46,813 nucleotides of DNA from a bacterium. Its GTDB lineage: Bacteria; CLD3; SB21. Positions within the stretch are counted from its first letter, which is position 1, and every line of letters starts with the position of its first letter. This document shows, piece by piece, positions 19,593 to 29,949 of this stretch. The stretch lies in contig JABWCP010000024.1 of the NCBI GenBank assembly GCA_013360215.1, forward strand, positions 1-46,813. Reading direction: 5' to 3'. The notes beneath the pieces were generated by a model. That model saw nothing but the letters and a program-made list of their open reading frames with translations. It did not search any database and was not told where the DNA came from. A program made the position numbers and the translations under genes.

Positions 19593-19688
19593 GTACTTTC
19601 CTGTCACAATTTGAAAAATCGTGGCCAGTTATTCATATTGATTATCGTTGGCTAAATTATTACAATACAAGAGTTTTGGAAGGAAAGT

Positions 19689-20078
19689 ATGTTTCGAACG
19701 CAAGGCCAATATTATTGGACGGATGCGCTTTATTTGGCGCGTTCCAAAGATCAGTTACGACCGGTGTGGCGTGAGGAAAAAAACACGTTGTATCAATGCG
19801 TCCACTGTGCCGCTTTCGTCCGATTTACTGAAGAACAAACCGGCCAATGGGTGCGTCTAAAACCGTATGAACAATTCCAGCGTCGTAAAGAATTTTTATC
19901 GTTTGTGCCCGACGCCAAACAGATGAAACTAATCCGTCAGGAAACGCGTGATCGGGCTCTTTTTCGGTGCCCTGTTTGTGCGTCTCATTGGTGGCTGGAA
20001 GGGGACGAATGGACGCACGCCGATGATGCGATCGTAGAATGGGCAGAAAACTCAGAATTTAGTAAAGGAACTACATGA
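19689..20078 (+). CDS. Hypothetical protein with two CxxC motifs
   Basis: GGAAGG SD; ATGA overlap with moxR; motifs YQCVHC and FRCPVC. Confidence 0.65.
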   Translation: MFRTQGQYYWTDALYLARSKDQLRPVWREEKNTLYQCVHCAAFVRFTEEQTGQWVRLKPYEQFQRRKEFLSFVPDAKQMKLIRQETRDRALFRCPVCASHWWLEGDEWTHADDAIVEWAENSEFSKGTT

Positions 20079-21094
20079 CAGCGCCGCAAGTAAATTTTTC
20101 CGAACTGCAACAACTTACCGATACCGATGCGATTGCACGGTTGCGCCAGTCCCGAAGCGCGATCGAAGCCGAAGTAGCCAAAGCCATTGTAGGTCAGCGC
20201 GCTATCGTAGAGCAACTTACCATCACTTTGTTTGCGCGCGGACACTGTCTGCTCGTGGGTATTCCCGGTCTCGCCAAGACGTTGCTGATCAATACGATTG
20301 CACGGGCTTTGGATTTAAAATTCAACCGTATTCAGTTTACGCCCGATCTGATGCCGAGCGATATCGTGGGCACGGAAGTGATCGAAGAAAATATGACGAC
20401 CGGCAGTAAACAATTTCGTTTTGTTCGCGGCCCGATTTTTGCCAATATCGTTTTAGCGGACGAAATAAATCGCACGCCCCCCAAAACGCAGTCGGCCCTT
20501 TTGGAGGCGATGCAGGAACACAAAGTGACGGCTTCGGGGAATACATACCATCTGGAAGAACCATTTTTTGTGTTGGCGACACAAAATCCTATCGAACAGG
20601 AAGGCACATATCCTTTGCCGGAAGCCCAACTGGATCGTTTTATGTTTAATATTTGGGTAGATTATCCGAGCGCGGATGAAGAAGTGGCGATTGTCAAGAA
20701 TACCACCAGTTCGTATCACTACGCTCTGGAAAAAGTCTTGGATGCCGAGAGCATTCTTTTTTATCAGAATCTGATCCGTCGCGTGCCCGTAGCGGACAAT
20801 GTTGTTCGTTATGCCGTGGATTTGGTGTCGAAGACCCGCCCTAAAACACCGAATGCACCGAAGTTTATATCCGATTGGCTGAGCTGGGGGGCAGGCCCGC
20901 GCGCATCGCAGTACCTCATCCTAGGCGCCAAAACCCGTGCTGCGTTGGACGGGCGATTCACACCGGATATTGATGACGTACGTGCAGTCGTCAAGCCAGT
21001 ATTGCGGCATCGCCTGATTACTAACTTTACAGCGGAAGCGGACGGCGTCACGACGCTCGATATTATTGATAAACTTGTTGCGGAAACCACGTGA
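20075..21094 (+). CDS. MoxR family AAA+ ATPase
   Basis: GIPGLAKT, RIQFTPDLMPSD, LADEINR, ATQNPIEQEGTYPLPEAQLDRF, VLRHR. Confidence 0.95.
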   Translation: MTAPQVNFSELQQLTDTDAIARLRQSRSAIEAEVAKAIVGQRAIVEQLTITLFARGHCLLVGIPGLAKTLLINTIARALDLKFNRIQFTPDLMPSDIVGTEVIEENMTTGSKQFRFVRGPIFANIVLADEINRTPPKTQSALLEAMQEHKVTASGNTYHLEEPFFVLATQNPIEQEGTYPLPEAQLDRFMFNIWVDYPSADEEVAIVKNTTSSYHYALEKVLDAESILFYQNLIRRVPVADNVVRYAVDLVSKTRPKTPNAPKFISDWLSWGAGPRASQYLILGAKTRAALDGRFTPDIDDVRAVVKPVLRHRLITNFTAEADGVTTLDIIDKLVAETT

Positions 21095-21375
21095 TGAAAA
21101 CAGCCTTTCGCCAACATGTTGAGCAGACCGTCGCGGCACGCGGTATCTATTCCGAAAGAGAAAAGCGTCAGCTCATCGAACACGTCACGCAGATGCACGA
21201 TGCGTTATTGGCCGGTGAAAAAACCGATACCATCATGGAAAACGTCGAAGTATTTCTTGATCAGTTTGTGAATGCCTTTTCGACATTGGAACAAAAAACG
21301 GACGCACGGAATAAAAAAGTACAACGCCGCGAAAAGAAAAAATCGCAGTTGGATATTTTTAAAAACGAAAAATAA
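21094..21375 (+). CDS. Small hypothetical protein with basic C-terminus
   Basis: Fills the moxR-cca gap exactly (overlapping start; stop abuts the next start); helical composition. Confidence 0.65.
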   Translation: MKTAFRQHVEQTVAARGIYSEREKRQLIEHVTQMHDALLAGEKTDTIMENVEVFLDQFVNAFSTLEQKTDARNKKVQRREKKKSQLDIFKNEK

Positions 21376-22785
21376 GTGGAAGAACTCATAAAAAAAATAG
21401 GTGCCGTTGCGGATGCCGAACAAATAGAAGCCTTTGTAGTAGGCGGCTATGTTCGTGACCGGATACTGGGCCGTAATGTTACGGATTTTGACGTCATGGT
21501 CATCGGGGACGGTGTTCGTTTTGCCGAACACGTAGCCAAAGCGTTTCGACTGCAAACATTGGTCGTGTATGAAAATTTTGGCACGGCGATGTTGCCGATG
21601 GGCGAAAAATACGATCATTTGAAGGTCGAATTTGTCGGTGCGCGTAAAGAAAGTTACCGTCATGATTCGCGCAAACCGCTCGTCGAAGTGGGCGATTTGC
21701 AATCGGATTTGTCACGGCGCGATTTTACGATCAACGCATTGGCCATGCGTATCAATGCGCAAGATTATGGCGTCATCTTGGATCTTTTTAACGGTCGTGC
21801 GGATTTGGATAAAAAAATCCTGCGTACGCCGCTTGATCCGGATGAGACTTTTTCCGACGACCCGCTGCGCATGATGCGTGCGGTGCGGTTTGCATCGCAA
21901 CTGCAGTTTACCATAGATCCGATAACGTATGACGGGATTTGCAGGAATGCTCAGCGTATCGCAATCGTCAGTCAAGAGCGGATCACCGATGAGTTTCTCA
22001 AAATACTCGGCAGCCCTAAACCGTCGGTGGGATTGTATCTGCTGGAATCAACGGGTTTATTGGCGATTATTTTTCCGGAATTGACATGGCTTTCCGGTGT
22101 GGAGCAGCAACAAGGGTATCTTCATAAAGATGTTTTCAAACATACGCTCAAAGTTGTTGATAATATTGCCGAAATGACAAATGACTTACGGTTGCGATTT
22201 GCCGCGTTGGTGCATGATATTGGCAAGCCGCGTACCAAGCGGTTTGTCGAAGGTATCGGATGGACGTTTCACGGCCATGAAGACGTGGGTTCACGCATGG
22301 CGCGGGGTATCGGAAAAAAGCTCAAGCTACCCAACGATTTTTGGTTGTACGTTTCTAAGTTAGTCAAACTCCACATGCGTCCTATTCAGCTTGTGGATGA
22401 AGGCGTTACGGATAGTGCGATTCGGCGGTTGCTTTTTGACAGCGGCGCCGACTTTGACGATTTGTTGACGTTATGTCGTGCAGATATCACATCCGGGAAT
22501 AAAGAACGTGCCAAACGTCACTTGGAAAATTTTCAGCGCGTATTAGATCGGGCGCGCGATGTGGAAGAAAAGGATCGCCTGAGGGCATTCCAGCCGCCGA
22601 TTCGCGGGGATGAGATCATGCAGATGTTCGGTTTGCCACCGGGACCGACAGTGGGTGCTTTGAAAAAAATAATAGAAGAAGCGATACTCGAAGGTATTAT
22701 ACCTAACGAATATCAAGCGGCGTACGATCACCTTATGGCGCACAAAGATGAGGTGCTTCAATCAGCAGAAAATATGCAGCCGTAA
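21376..22785 (+). CDS. cca: CCA tRNA nucleotidyltransferase with HD domain
   Basis: VGGYVRD, DFD, ARKESY, DLSRRDFTINA, DDPLRMMRAVRF, ERITDE; HD domain (HTLKV, LVHDIGKP). Confidence 0.9.
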   Translation: MEELIKKIGAVADAEQIEAFVVGGYVRDRILGRNVTDFDVMVIGDGVRFAEHVAKAFRLQTLVVYENFGTAMLPMGEKYDHLKVEFVGARKESYRHDSRKPLVEVGDLQSDLSRRDFTINALAMRINAQDYGVILDLFNGRADLDKKILRTPLDPDETFSDDPLRMMRAVRFASQLQFTIDPITYDGICRNAQRIAIVSQERITDEFLKILGSPKPSVGLYLLESTGLLAIIFPELTWLSGVEQQQGYLHKDVFKHTLKVVDNIAEMTNDLRLRFAALVHDIGKPRTKRFVEGIGWTFHGHEDVGSRMARGIGKKLKLPNDFWLYVSKLVKLHMRPIQLVDEGVTDSAIRRLLFDSGADFDDLLTLCRADITSGNKERAKRHLENFQRVLDRARDVEEKDRLRAFQPPIRGDEIMQMFGLPPGPTVGALKKIIEEAILEGIIPNEYQAAYDHLMAHKDEVLQSAENMQP

Positions 22786-22787
22786 GT

Positions 22788-23291
22788 ATGCGATCGTTAT
22801 ACGCTAAGGTTCTTATTCTCGGTTATGGTTTTTGGTTTTGGGCTTGCGGTTCATCCCAACCGGTTCCGGCCGATGCGCCATTCCTTCACGGACTGGAGGT
22901 TGCCCGATGGGCGGAAACGGCGCCAGTTATTCGTGAACGTGTGCATTCTGTAGCAGGATGGCAGTGGGTGACGGTGCTTCGTGATCAAAATGGACGTGAA
23001 ACGACCATCGTTGTCCGACATGATGATGAGGAGTATCATCTGGAGTTGGATTTGAACGGACGGATGCAGAGCATAAGCCGTATTTATCCGATAGCCCAGC
23101 TTGACAGTGCGGTTTCGCAACTGGAGCGGATGTACCGTGAGCCTGACAAGGTAATGCAGCGTCCGACGTATCAGATGCGGCGATGGGAAGTGTATCCGGA
23201 AGGCTACGGCGTATGGATCGAAATGATGATAACCAAAGAGTTTTTTTCAATACAAGCGGTATATAAAAATGGATCTCAAAAAAACGGATAA
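22788..23291 (+). CDS. Hypothetical protein, possible lipoprotein
   Basis: Hydrophobic N-terminus ending FWAC-GSS (lipobox-like); tightly packed between cca and cheW. Confidence 0.6.
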   Translation: MRSLYAKVLILGYGFWFWACGSSQPVPADAPFLHGLEVARWAETAPVIRERVHSVAGWQWVTVLRDQNGRETTIVVRHDDEEYHLELDLNGRMQSISRIYPIAQLDSAVSQLERMYREPDKVMQRPTYQMRRWEVYPEGYGVWIEMMITKEFFSIQAVYKNGSQKNG

Positions 23292-23784
23292 TGCCGAACT
23301 CAAATTACGCAGTCTCGGAAATACCGAAGAAATTGCGATTGATGAGGAAGCGATCCAGTATGTGGTCGTTACATGCGGAAAAACGCATTTTGCATTTGAG
23401 GGTATTTACGTGAAGGAAATTTTACCGCAAACAGACATTACGTTTGTTCCCGGATTGCCCAATTTTTTTTCCGGTATGATCCATGTGCGGGGAAATCTGG
23501 AATGTGTTGCGGATCTAGGCCAATTGATCGGCCTTCAGCCGACAAAAACCGATAAACTGAATCGTGTTCTGATTGTACGTTATGAAGAGATTTCATCCGG
23601 TATTTTGACAGAATATGTTTTGGACTTGATAGACGTGCCGAAAAGCAAAATTCGATCCGATATCAAGCATACCGATGCCGGGCGATCCGATTATTTTATC
23701 GGCGAATTTGAGTGGAATAACCAGATCGTCGTGATACTCGATATTGTCCGGTTGATGCGAAAAATAAACGGTGAGGAGATATGA
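23269..23784 (+). CDS. cheW: CheW domain protein
   Basis: FAFEGIYVKEIL, ITFVPGLP.FFSGMIHVRGNL...DL, IVVILDI. Confidence 0.88.
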   Translation: MDLKKTDNAELKLRSLGNTEEIAIDEEAIQYVVVTCGKTHFAFEGIYVKEILPQTDITFVPGLPNFFSGMIHVRGNLECVADLGQLIGLQPTKTDKLNRVLIVRYEEISSGILTEYVLDLIDVPKSKIRSDIKHTDAGRSDYFIGEFEWNNQIVVILDIVRLMRKINGEEI

Positions 23785-24200
23785 AAGCCGGTCAACACGC
23801 CAACACTATGGATGTATTGGTTTTCGAGATCGGTACGACGCTGTACGGTATTCCGATCGGGCAAATTGATATGCTTGATTTTGTAAAATCGGAATCGCAG
23901 ATACCGGCTGGAAATCAAATTCGTCATTTGTTGGGGTTTGTGTCCGACAGGAATCCGATTTCGCAACGGTCGGTAAAAATAAAAAACCCGCAGCCATTGC
24001 GATTTATCGTCGAAGGTATTTACGGAGTTTTTACATTGGATGTGCGTCGTATCGCCGATTTACCCAAAACGATCGGGCATCAGGTGGAGCGATCCCCGGT
24101 TTCATCGGCCTATATATCGCCCAAAGAGCAATGGGACGGCCGGTTAGTTTTATTGCTTGATCTGCAAAAAAAACATATTACGGAACGTTATGCTGCATAG
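23781..24200 (+). CDS. Divergent CheW-like protein
   Basis: VLVFEIGTTLYGIPI at the N-terminus, LRFIVEGI, LVLLLDL at the C-terminus; ATGA overlap with cheW. Confidence 0.6.
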   Translation: MKAGQHANTMDVLVFEIGTTLYGIPIGQIDMLDFVKSESQIPAGNQIRHLLGFVSDRNPISQRSVKIKNPQPLRFIVEGIYGVFTLDVRRIADLPKTIGHQVERSPVSSAYISPKEQWDGRLVLLLDLQKKHITERYAA

Positions 24201-25344
24201 GTATAGTGTACTTACAAAATTATTTTTGACCTTGATCGGCATGTTGAGTGTGTTGCTTACGGCCGGATTTGTCGTAGTGAGCAGCGGCATGGCTTTGGGC
24301 TGGGCGCTGCTGTGGTGTGTGATGGCGTTTGCCTTGGCCGCGATCATCGGATATTTGTTGATCAGACGTATCACTGAACCGCTCTATTTAATGATCGGCA
24401 CGTTGGACTCACGTTCTGATTTTCTGTCGTTATCCATACCCCAGGTCGAACAACGTCGCGATGAATGGGGAGAATTGTATCAACATTTGCATGCGCGTCT
24501 GATGTTGTGGAAAAACCTCCGAACGAATATGGATGAACGGCTGCATGTCATGGCTAAACCCCTGACGGACGGTGATCATGCGATCCGGATGCAGCATGAC
24601 GCGATGGCGGAAGTGCAACACGCGTTGGCGGAACAAATAACCCGCCATGAAACCAATCTGCGGTCATCCGTATCTGCAGCAAAAACGTACCAAGAATTAC
24701 GTATCAAACTTTCGGACATGGCCGAAGCGCAGAAAAAGATCATGCGTCAAGCCCACACGGTGTATCAGCAATTATTTTCCTCGCGCGAACAGCAAAGTAG
24801 TCGTATAGAACGCCTTGGTCAGCTGATCAAAAAATTTGATGATGTCAGCGACGTGGTGCGCCGCGTTCATTTTATCAATGATCAAACCAAACTTATCGCA
24901 TTTAATGCGGCCATCGAGGCATCTTCTAACGGTGAACACGGGCGGCGTTTTGCCATAATAGCATCCGATATTCGTAATCTCTCTCAGACCATCGATGACT
25001 CGAATATAGACATGAAAAATATTTTGAGTGATTTGCAAACGGCATTATCCTCGTTGATCGAATCGGCACGGACGGATTCACAACGCGTCATGGAATCGGT
25101 CCAAACGCTGAATGAAGCCGTGACATGGATGGAACGTAATCAAAACGAGATGAACGATGCTCTCGAGACGGCTGCAACGATTTCTAAGATGTTCTCCGAT
25201 AATCATGCGGCGGTTATGGCACATACGGAAAATATCAAACGCATTCAGCATTCTATCCAGACCACAAACGCTGTATTTAATTCTTTAAAAAATCATATAC
25301 ACGATCTCAAGGCCGGTTATCAATCCATCGGATCCTTAAGCTGA
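24190..25344 (+). CDS. Atypical methyl-accepting chemotaxis protein without a periplasmic domain
   Basis: Two adjacent TM helices, HAMP-like region (RRITEPL...RRDEWGEL), hairpin tip QTKLIAFNAAIEA...GRRFAIIASDIRNLS. Confidence 0.8.
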   Translation: MLHRYSVLTKLFLTLIGMLSVLLTAGFVVVSSGMALGWALLWCVMAFALAAIIGYLLIRRITEPLYLMIGTLDSRSDFLSLSIPQVEQRRDEWGELYQHLHARLMLWKNLRTNMDERLHVMAKPLTDGDHAIRMQHDAMAEVQHALAEQITRHETNLRSSVSAAKTYQELRIKLSDMAEAQKKIMRQAHTVYQQLFSSREQQSSRIERLGQLIKKFDDVSDVVRRVHFINDQTKLIAFNAAIEASSNGEHGRRFAIIASDIRNLSQTIDDSNIDMKNILSDLQTALSSLIESARTDSQRVMESVQTLNEAVTWMERNQNEMNDALETAATISKMFSDNHAAVMAHTENIKRIQHSIQTTNAVFNSLKNHIHDLKAGYQSIGSLS

Positions 25345-25354
25345 CGGAGCTTGT

Positions 25355-27046
25355 ATGAAATTTGCATCCAAACTTTTTCTGGTATTTGTCGGGTTTTCGG
25401 CTTTTCTGAGCCTGGCATTTGTAGGAACGTTTTATTTATTTGTTTTTAAGAAAGCCGAGCTGGACCTGAAATCGCAAGCACAGTTGCATGCGTATTCACT
25501 GGCCGTAACGTTGAGCAAGCTCATTGACGGGGATAAGCACCAAACCATACTTACCCGTGCGGACGAAAATTCGGAAGCCTATAAGGAAATACAGCGTGTA
25601 CTGCGGACATTTCGCGATGCCAATAGGGAAGTCGGCATGCCCGTACAATATGTGTATACCAAAATTCGTACGGAGCACAAAGATACTTTGGCGTATGTCG
25701 TGGATGCACAGGAAGACGATCGTTCCATAGCCAGCATTGATCCGACGACCAAGGATACGACGTTCAATTTTACGCCCGTCGGGCAGCGTGTTGAAGTGAC
25801 GTGGCAGCGCGAATTTCAAAAAGCTTCCGTAAGTGATTTTTACTCCGATCCATGGGGGATGTGGATTACAGGAGCAGGGCCTATTCGAAACAGCGCCGGT
25901 ACGGTTGTTGCGTTTGCTTATGTGGATGTCAGCGGTACGAAAGTTTTGGAAGAACTCAATGCGATCAAGCAACGCATCACCGTGGTTTCTGTTATTGCAT
26001 TGATAGCGCTGTTGACGCTTTCGGCGATTTTGAGTTACGTATTGGCTAATTTTGTGAATCGCCCGTTAAACAATCTGCGGGAGGGGCTTACGCGCATCAA
26101 AGACGGCGTGTTTGATTTTCGAATACCGATCAATCGCAAAGATGATTTTCAGGATTTGGCGGAAGCGTTTAACGTGATGTCTGAAAATATGCGTACGATG
26201 GCCGCTCAGATATCCAACGGTTCACGTAAAATAGCTTCGACGTCCACAGAAATACTTGCCATTTCACGCGAGCAAGCGACGACGTCCAGTCAGCAATCCA
26301 TTTCCGTAACCGAAACCACGGCGACGATGGAGGAACTCACTTCGACATCGCGTTATATTGCGGAGAATTCGGAATCCGTAGTAAAAATCGCGGCGGAAAC
26401 ACACGAAATTTCTCAGGAAGCCGTTGATCTTTCCGGTGTGGCAAAAGATAAGATGGAAGAAATTCGTCGTAAGAGCGATCAGGATACCAGCGCGATTGCC
26501 GATCTCAATAAAAAAATGCAAAAAATCACCGAAGTCATTGAGATCATCAATACGGTCACCGAACAGACCAAACTTATTTCGTTTAATGCGCGCCTGGAAG
26601 CAACCGGGGCCGGCGAAGCGGGTCGGCGGTTTTCCGTCGTGGCGTCGGAAATTCGCCGTCTGGCCGAAAACGTTGCCGAATCCACCGAAGAAATAAAAGA
26701 AACCGTACATGAAATTCGTGTGGCAATGGATTCGTTGGTGAAAAACTCCAAAGAGAGCGCATACAAAATCCGTGAAGGTGTGGATCTGGTATCCAAAGTT
26801 TCCACCGTATTGGAAAACATCCTTCTTGCGGCACAAAACACTACCGAATCGGCTAAACAAATTTCCCTGTCCACGCAACAGCAACGTACGGCGAGCGAAC
26901 AAGTGGTCACTACATTAAAAGAAATCTCCGAAGGCGCAAAACATTTTGTCAAATCAAGCAATCAGGCCGCCATCATATCCGGCGATCTCAATGCGCTCTC
27001 GGATGAACTCAATAAAACGCTCAATAATTTCAAAGTAGGCCGTTAA
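25355..27046 (+). CDS. Methyl-accepting chemotaxis protein (TM-Cache-like sensor-TM-HAMP-MA)
   Basis: Periplasmic domain with YSDPWGMWITG..PI; HAMP; QTKLISFNARLEA.GAGEAGRRFSVVASEIRRLAE; methylation-type segments QQS..MEEL and QQQRTASEQV. Confidence 0.93.
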   Translation: MKFASKLFLVFVGFSAFLSLAFVGTFYLFVFKKAELDLKSQAQLHAYSLAVTLSKLIDGDKHQTILTRADENSEAYKEIQRVLRTFRDANREVGMPVQYVYTKIRTEHKDTLAYVVDAQEDDRSIASIDPTTKDTTFNFTPVGQRVEVTWQREFQKASVSDFYSDPWGMWITGAGPIRNSAGTVVAFAYVDVSGTKVLEELNAIKQRITVVSVIALIALLTLSAILSYVLANFVNRPLNNLREGLTRIKDGVFDFRIPINRKDDFQDLAEAFNVMSENMRTMAAQISNGSRKIASTSTEILAISREQATTSSQQSISVTETTATMEELTSTSRYIAENSESVVKIAAETHEISQEAVDLSGVAKDKMEEIRRKSDQDTSAIADLNKKMQKITEVIEIINTVTEQTKLISFNARLEATGAGEAGRRFSVVASEIRRLAENVAESTEEIKETVHEIRVAMDSLVKNSKESAYKIREGVDLVSKVSTVLENILLAAQNTTESAKQISLSTQQQRTASEQVVTTLKEISEGAKHFVKSSNQAAIISGDLNALSDELNKTLNNFKVGR

Positions 27047-27049
27047 ACG

Positions 27050-27751
27050 ATGCGCAAACTGGTATTATGGGACATTGACGGTACATTGATTCGCTGCGGT
27101 AAATCGCCGCGTAATGCCATCGTTGCCGCGATGGAAGAGGTTTTCGGAACGCGCGGTGATGTGGATAATTATCCTTTTTCAGGGAAAACCGATCCTCAGA
27201 TCATATATGATGTGATGACGGCCGCTCGGTTGGATGAGCAGCATGTACTTGCAAATATGCACGTTGCTCTCGCAGGTTATGTTGCGCGCCTCGAAAAAAC
27301 ACTGATGCCTGATGAAATTCGCATTTTTGAAGGCATTGTTGATCTTCTGAATCAACTATCTGGACATAATGAAGTCGTTCAAGGTCTATTGACCGGTAAT
27401 GTAATCGAAGGTGCGCGCATCAAACTGAGCCGAGCCGGGTTGGGGCATTATTTTTTTAACGGGAAACCTCCGCTTGGAGCATTTGGCAGCGATGCACGGC
27501 ATCGTCCTGAACTTCCCGCGATTGCCGTTCAACGGGCCTGTGAAATGACGGGCCGGCGTTTTGAATCCAAAGATATTGTCATCATCGGCGACAGCCCGTA
27601 TGATGTGCTGTGCGGAAAACATCTCAATGTCCGTTCGATCGCCGTAGCTACGGGATGGCATTCGGTTGAAGATTTGAAACCCTATGAGCCGGATGCAGTC
27701 TATACCGATTTTTCTGATACATCCGATGTTTTAAAAACCATACTTGCTTGA
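27050..27751 (+). CDS. HAD superfamily hydrolase
   Basis: WDIDGTL, SGKTD, LLTGN, GAFGSD, IIGDSPYD. Confidence 0.9.
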   Translation: MRKLVLWDIDGTLIRCGKSPRNAIVAAMEEVFGTRGDVDNYPFSGKTDPQIIYDVMTAARLDEQHVLANMHVALAGYVARLEKTLMPDEIRIFEGIVDLLNQLSGHNEVVQGLLTGNVIEGARIKLSRAGLGHYFFNGKPPLGAFGSDARHRPELPAIAVQRACEMTGRRFESKDIVIIGDSPYDVLCGKHLNVRSIAVATGWHSVEDLKPYEPDAVYTDFSDTSDVLKTILA

Positions 27752-27761
27752 AGAGGCACCA

Positions 27762-28214
27762 GTGAAAAAAAAGATACATCATAAACACGTTACCGATGCC
27801 AAAGCGTTTGTACAAAAGCCCGATTTCAAATTTAAGTTTGACGGTTATGAGGCAATTCGTCCTGAATTGATCGAAACGTTTGCGTATGAAAATCCCGGCC
27901 AACCTCAGGCGATCGTGGTTTCAACGGAAGAATTTACGGCTGTATGTCCCTGGTCGGGTCTTCCGGATTTTGCGCGGATCGTTGTGACGTATGTGCCGCG
28001 CCAAAAAATCATCGAATTGCGTTCCTACAAATATTACCTGTATTCCTATCGCAATGTGGGTATATTTCAGGAACATTTGACACCGCGATTACTCCAGGAT
28101 CTTGTGGCCGCATGCGAACCTGAAAGCATGACAGTTAAAACGGATTATAATATTCGGGGAGGCATTCACACGGTATGTGAAGCCTCATATCGTCGGAACA
28201 CCAAACGCCGTTAA
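27762..28214 (+). CDS. queF: NADPH-dependent 7-cyano-7-deazaguanine reductase, unimodular
   Basis: EFTAVCPWSGLPDF (catalytic Cys and Asp), QueF motif ELRSYKYY, C-terminal RGGI; GTG start after GAGG. Confidence 0.92.
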   Translation: MKKKIHHKHVTDAKAFVQKPDFKFKFDGYEAIRPELIETFAYENPGQPQAIVVSTEEFTAVCPWSGLPDFARIVVTYVPRQKIIELRSYKYYLYSYRNVGIFQEHLTPRLLQDLVAACEPESMTVKTDYNIRGGIHTVCEASYRRNTKRR

Positions 28215-28226
28215 AAGGTTGTACTT

Positions 28227-29225
28227 ATGAATGTTGCTTTGTCGCAAACACCTACTGTTTTGATCGTCGATGACAGCGAGGATATGATCCTTCTGCTGAC
28301 GGAGGTTTTGGAAGATGCCGAATACCGGGTCGTAACTGCACGCAATGGACACGAAGCGTTGGATATGGTCGTACAGGCCAATCCGGATTTGATATTGCTT
28401 GATGCGATCATGCCTAATATGAACGGTTATGAAGTCACACAGATCCTCAAAACACAAGACAAAACTCGCCTCATACCGATTATCATGCTAACCGGTTTGT
28501 CTGACCTTAACGACAAACTCAAAGGGATCGAACTCGGTGTTGATGATTTTCTTGTCAAACCGTTTAACCATTTAGAACTGGTGACGCGCGTTCGTTCCTT
28601 GATCCGGGTAAAACAATATACGGACGAACTCGAAAACGCCGAGACCGTAATTTTTAGTTTGGCGCTGGCGGTCGAAGCCAAAGACGAATATACCGAAGGG
28701 CACTGCAACCGATTATCGTTTTATGGCGCCAGGCTTGCGGAAGCAATTGGTTTATCTACCGAGCAGATCAAGGCCGTTCGTCGCGGTGGCATTTTGCATG
28801 ATATCGGTAAGATAGCTATTCATGACAATTTACTTCTTAAACCCGGCCCGTTGACACCGGACGAATTTGAAGTGATGAAGCAACATACGGTGATCGGGGA
28901 GCGAATTTGCAAGCCTCTCAAATCGCTCAACGGCGTACTGCCCATTATTCGCAGTCATCAGGAACGATGGGACGGAAGCGGATATCCGGACGGGCTTAAA
29001 GGGGAAGAGATACCTATCATCGCCCGTGTGATCATGACCGTGGATTTATACGACGCGTTGACTACGGACCGTCCTTACCGTCGGGCTTTATCCAATGAAA
29101 AAGCCTTTGAGGTTATGCGCGAAGAAACGGCGATGGGTTTATGGGATGCCGTGTTGATGGAAAAATTTATTGATATGATGCAGAAGAACGAATTCGGTAC
29201 ACCGACTGGCCGCAGCGCCTTATAA
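28227..29225 (+). CDS. Response regulator with HD-GYP cyclic-dinucleotide phosphodiesterase domain
   Basis: REC domain (IVDD, LLDAIMP, FLVKP); YTEGH, LHDIGK, HQERWDGSGYPDGL, DALTTDRPYR. Confidence 0.93.
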   Translation: MNVALSQTPTVLIVDDSEDMILLLTEVLEDAEYRVVTARNGHEALDMVVQANPDLILLDAIMPNMNGYEVTQILKTQDKTRLIPIIMLTGLSDLNDKLKGIELGVDDFLVKPFNHLELVTRVRSLIRVKQYTDELENAETVIFSLALAVEAKDEYTEGHCNRLSFYGARLAEAIGLSTEQIKAVRRGGILHDIGKIAIHDNLLLKPGPLTPDEFEVMKQHTVIGERICKPLKSLNGVLPIIRSHQERWDGSGYPDGLKGEEIPIIARVIMTVDLYDALTTDRPYRRALSNEKAFEVMREETAMGLWDAVLMEKFIDMMQKNEFGTPTGRSAL

Positions 29226-29241
29226 ATGCAGGAGAAAACAG

Positions 29242-29949
29242 TTGCCTAAGAATCACCGCAATCAGCATGATAATTTAGAAACCGTAGATAAGTCCTATCG
29301 CATGCAAGAGCCGTGGCGCCTTTTGCGTATCATGGCCGAGTTTGTGGATGGCTTTGAAAAAATGGAACGCGTGGGACCGGCTGTTTCGATATTCGGTTCC
29401 GCCCGCACAAAACCGGGCATGGCTAATTATAAATTGGCAGAAGAATTAGCGCGCCTAATCGTCAAATCAGGTTTTGCCGTGATCACCGGAGGCGGCCCCG
29501 GGCTTATGGAAGCGGCCAATAAAGGCGCCAAAGAAGCAGGCGGGAAGTCCGTTGGCCTCTCGATCCAACTGCCGTTTGAAACCAAAGGCAATGATTTTCT
29601 GACGATGGAAGTAAACTTCAATTATTTCTTTGTGCGCAAGGTCATGTTCGTCAAATACGCCCGCGGTTTTATTGCTTTGCCCGGCGGTCTGGGTACGATG
29701 GACGAATTATTTGAAATGTTGACGTTAATACAGACCGGTAAAGTGGATCCCTTTCCGATCGTGCTTATCGGTAAAACCTACTGGAGCGGTTTGCTTGATT
29801 GGATGAAAGCATCCATGCTCAAAGAACGATACATCAACCCCGAAGATTTGGAACTGTTTCATGTAACCGATTCGGCTAAAGAAGCGGTGAGCATCATACA
29901 GGATTTTTATAAGAAAAATAAAAAACGCGGAAAAATCAGAATAATATGA
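29242..29949 (+). CDS. LOG family (TIGR00730) nucleotide monophosphate nucleosidase
   Basis: [34 protein letters not shown] start after AGGAG. Confidence 0.9.
   Translation: MPKNHRNQHDNLETVDKSYRMQEPWRLLRIMAEFVDGFEKMERVGPAVSIFGSARTKPGMANYKLAEELARLIVKSGFAVITGGGPGLMEAANKGAKEAGGKSVGLSIQLPFETKGNDFLTMEVNFNYFFVRKVMFVKYARGFIALPGGLGTMDELFEMLTLIQTGKVDPFPIVLIGKTYWSGLLDWMKASMLKERYINPEDLELFHVTDSAKEAVSIIQDFYKKNKKRGKIRII

Noticed and set aside
26264..26961. Long antisense ORFs (212 and 160 aa) over the MCP, and similar shadow ORFs elsewhere (e.g. 35466-36020, 7870-8370)
   Set aside because: They overlap well-supported genes on the opposite strand and show no recognisable motifs.
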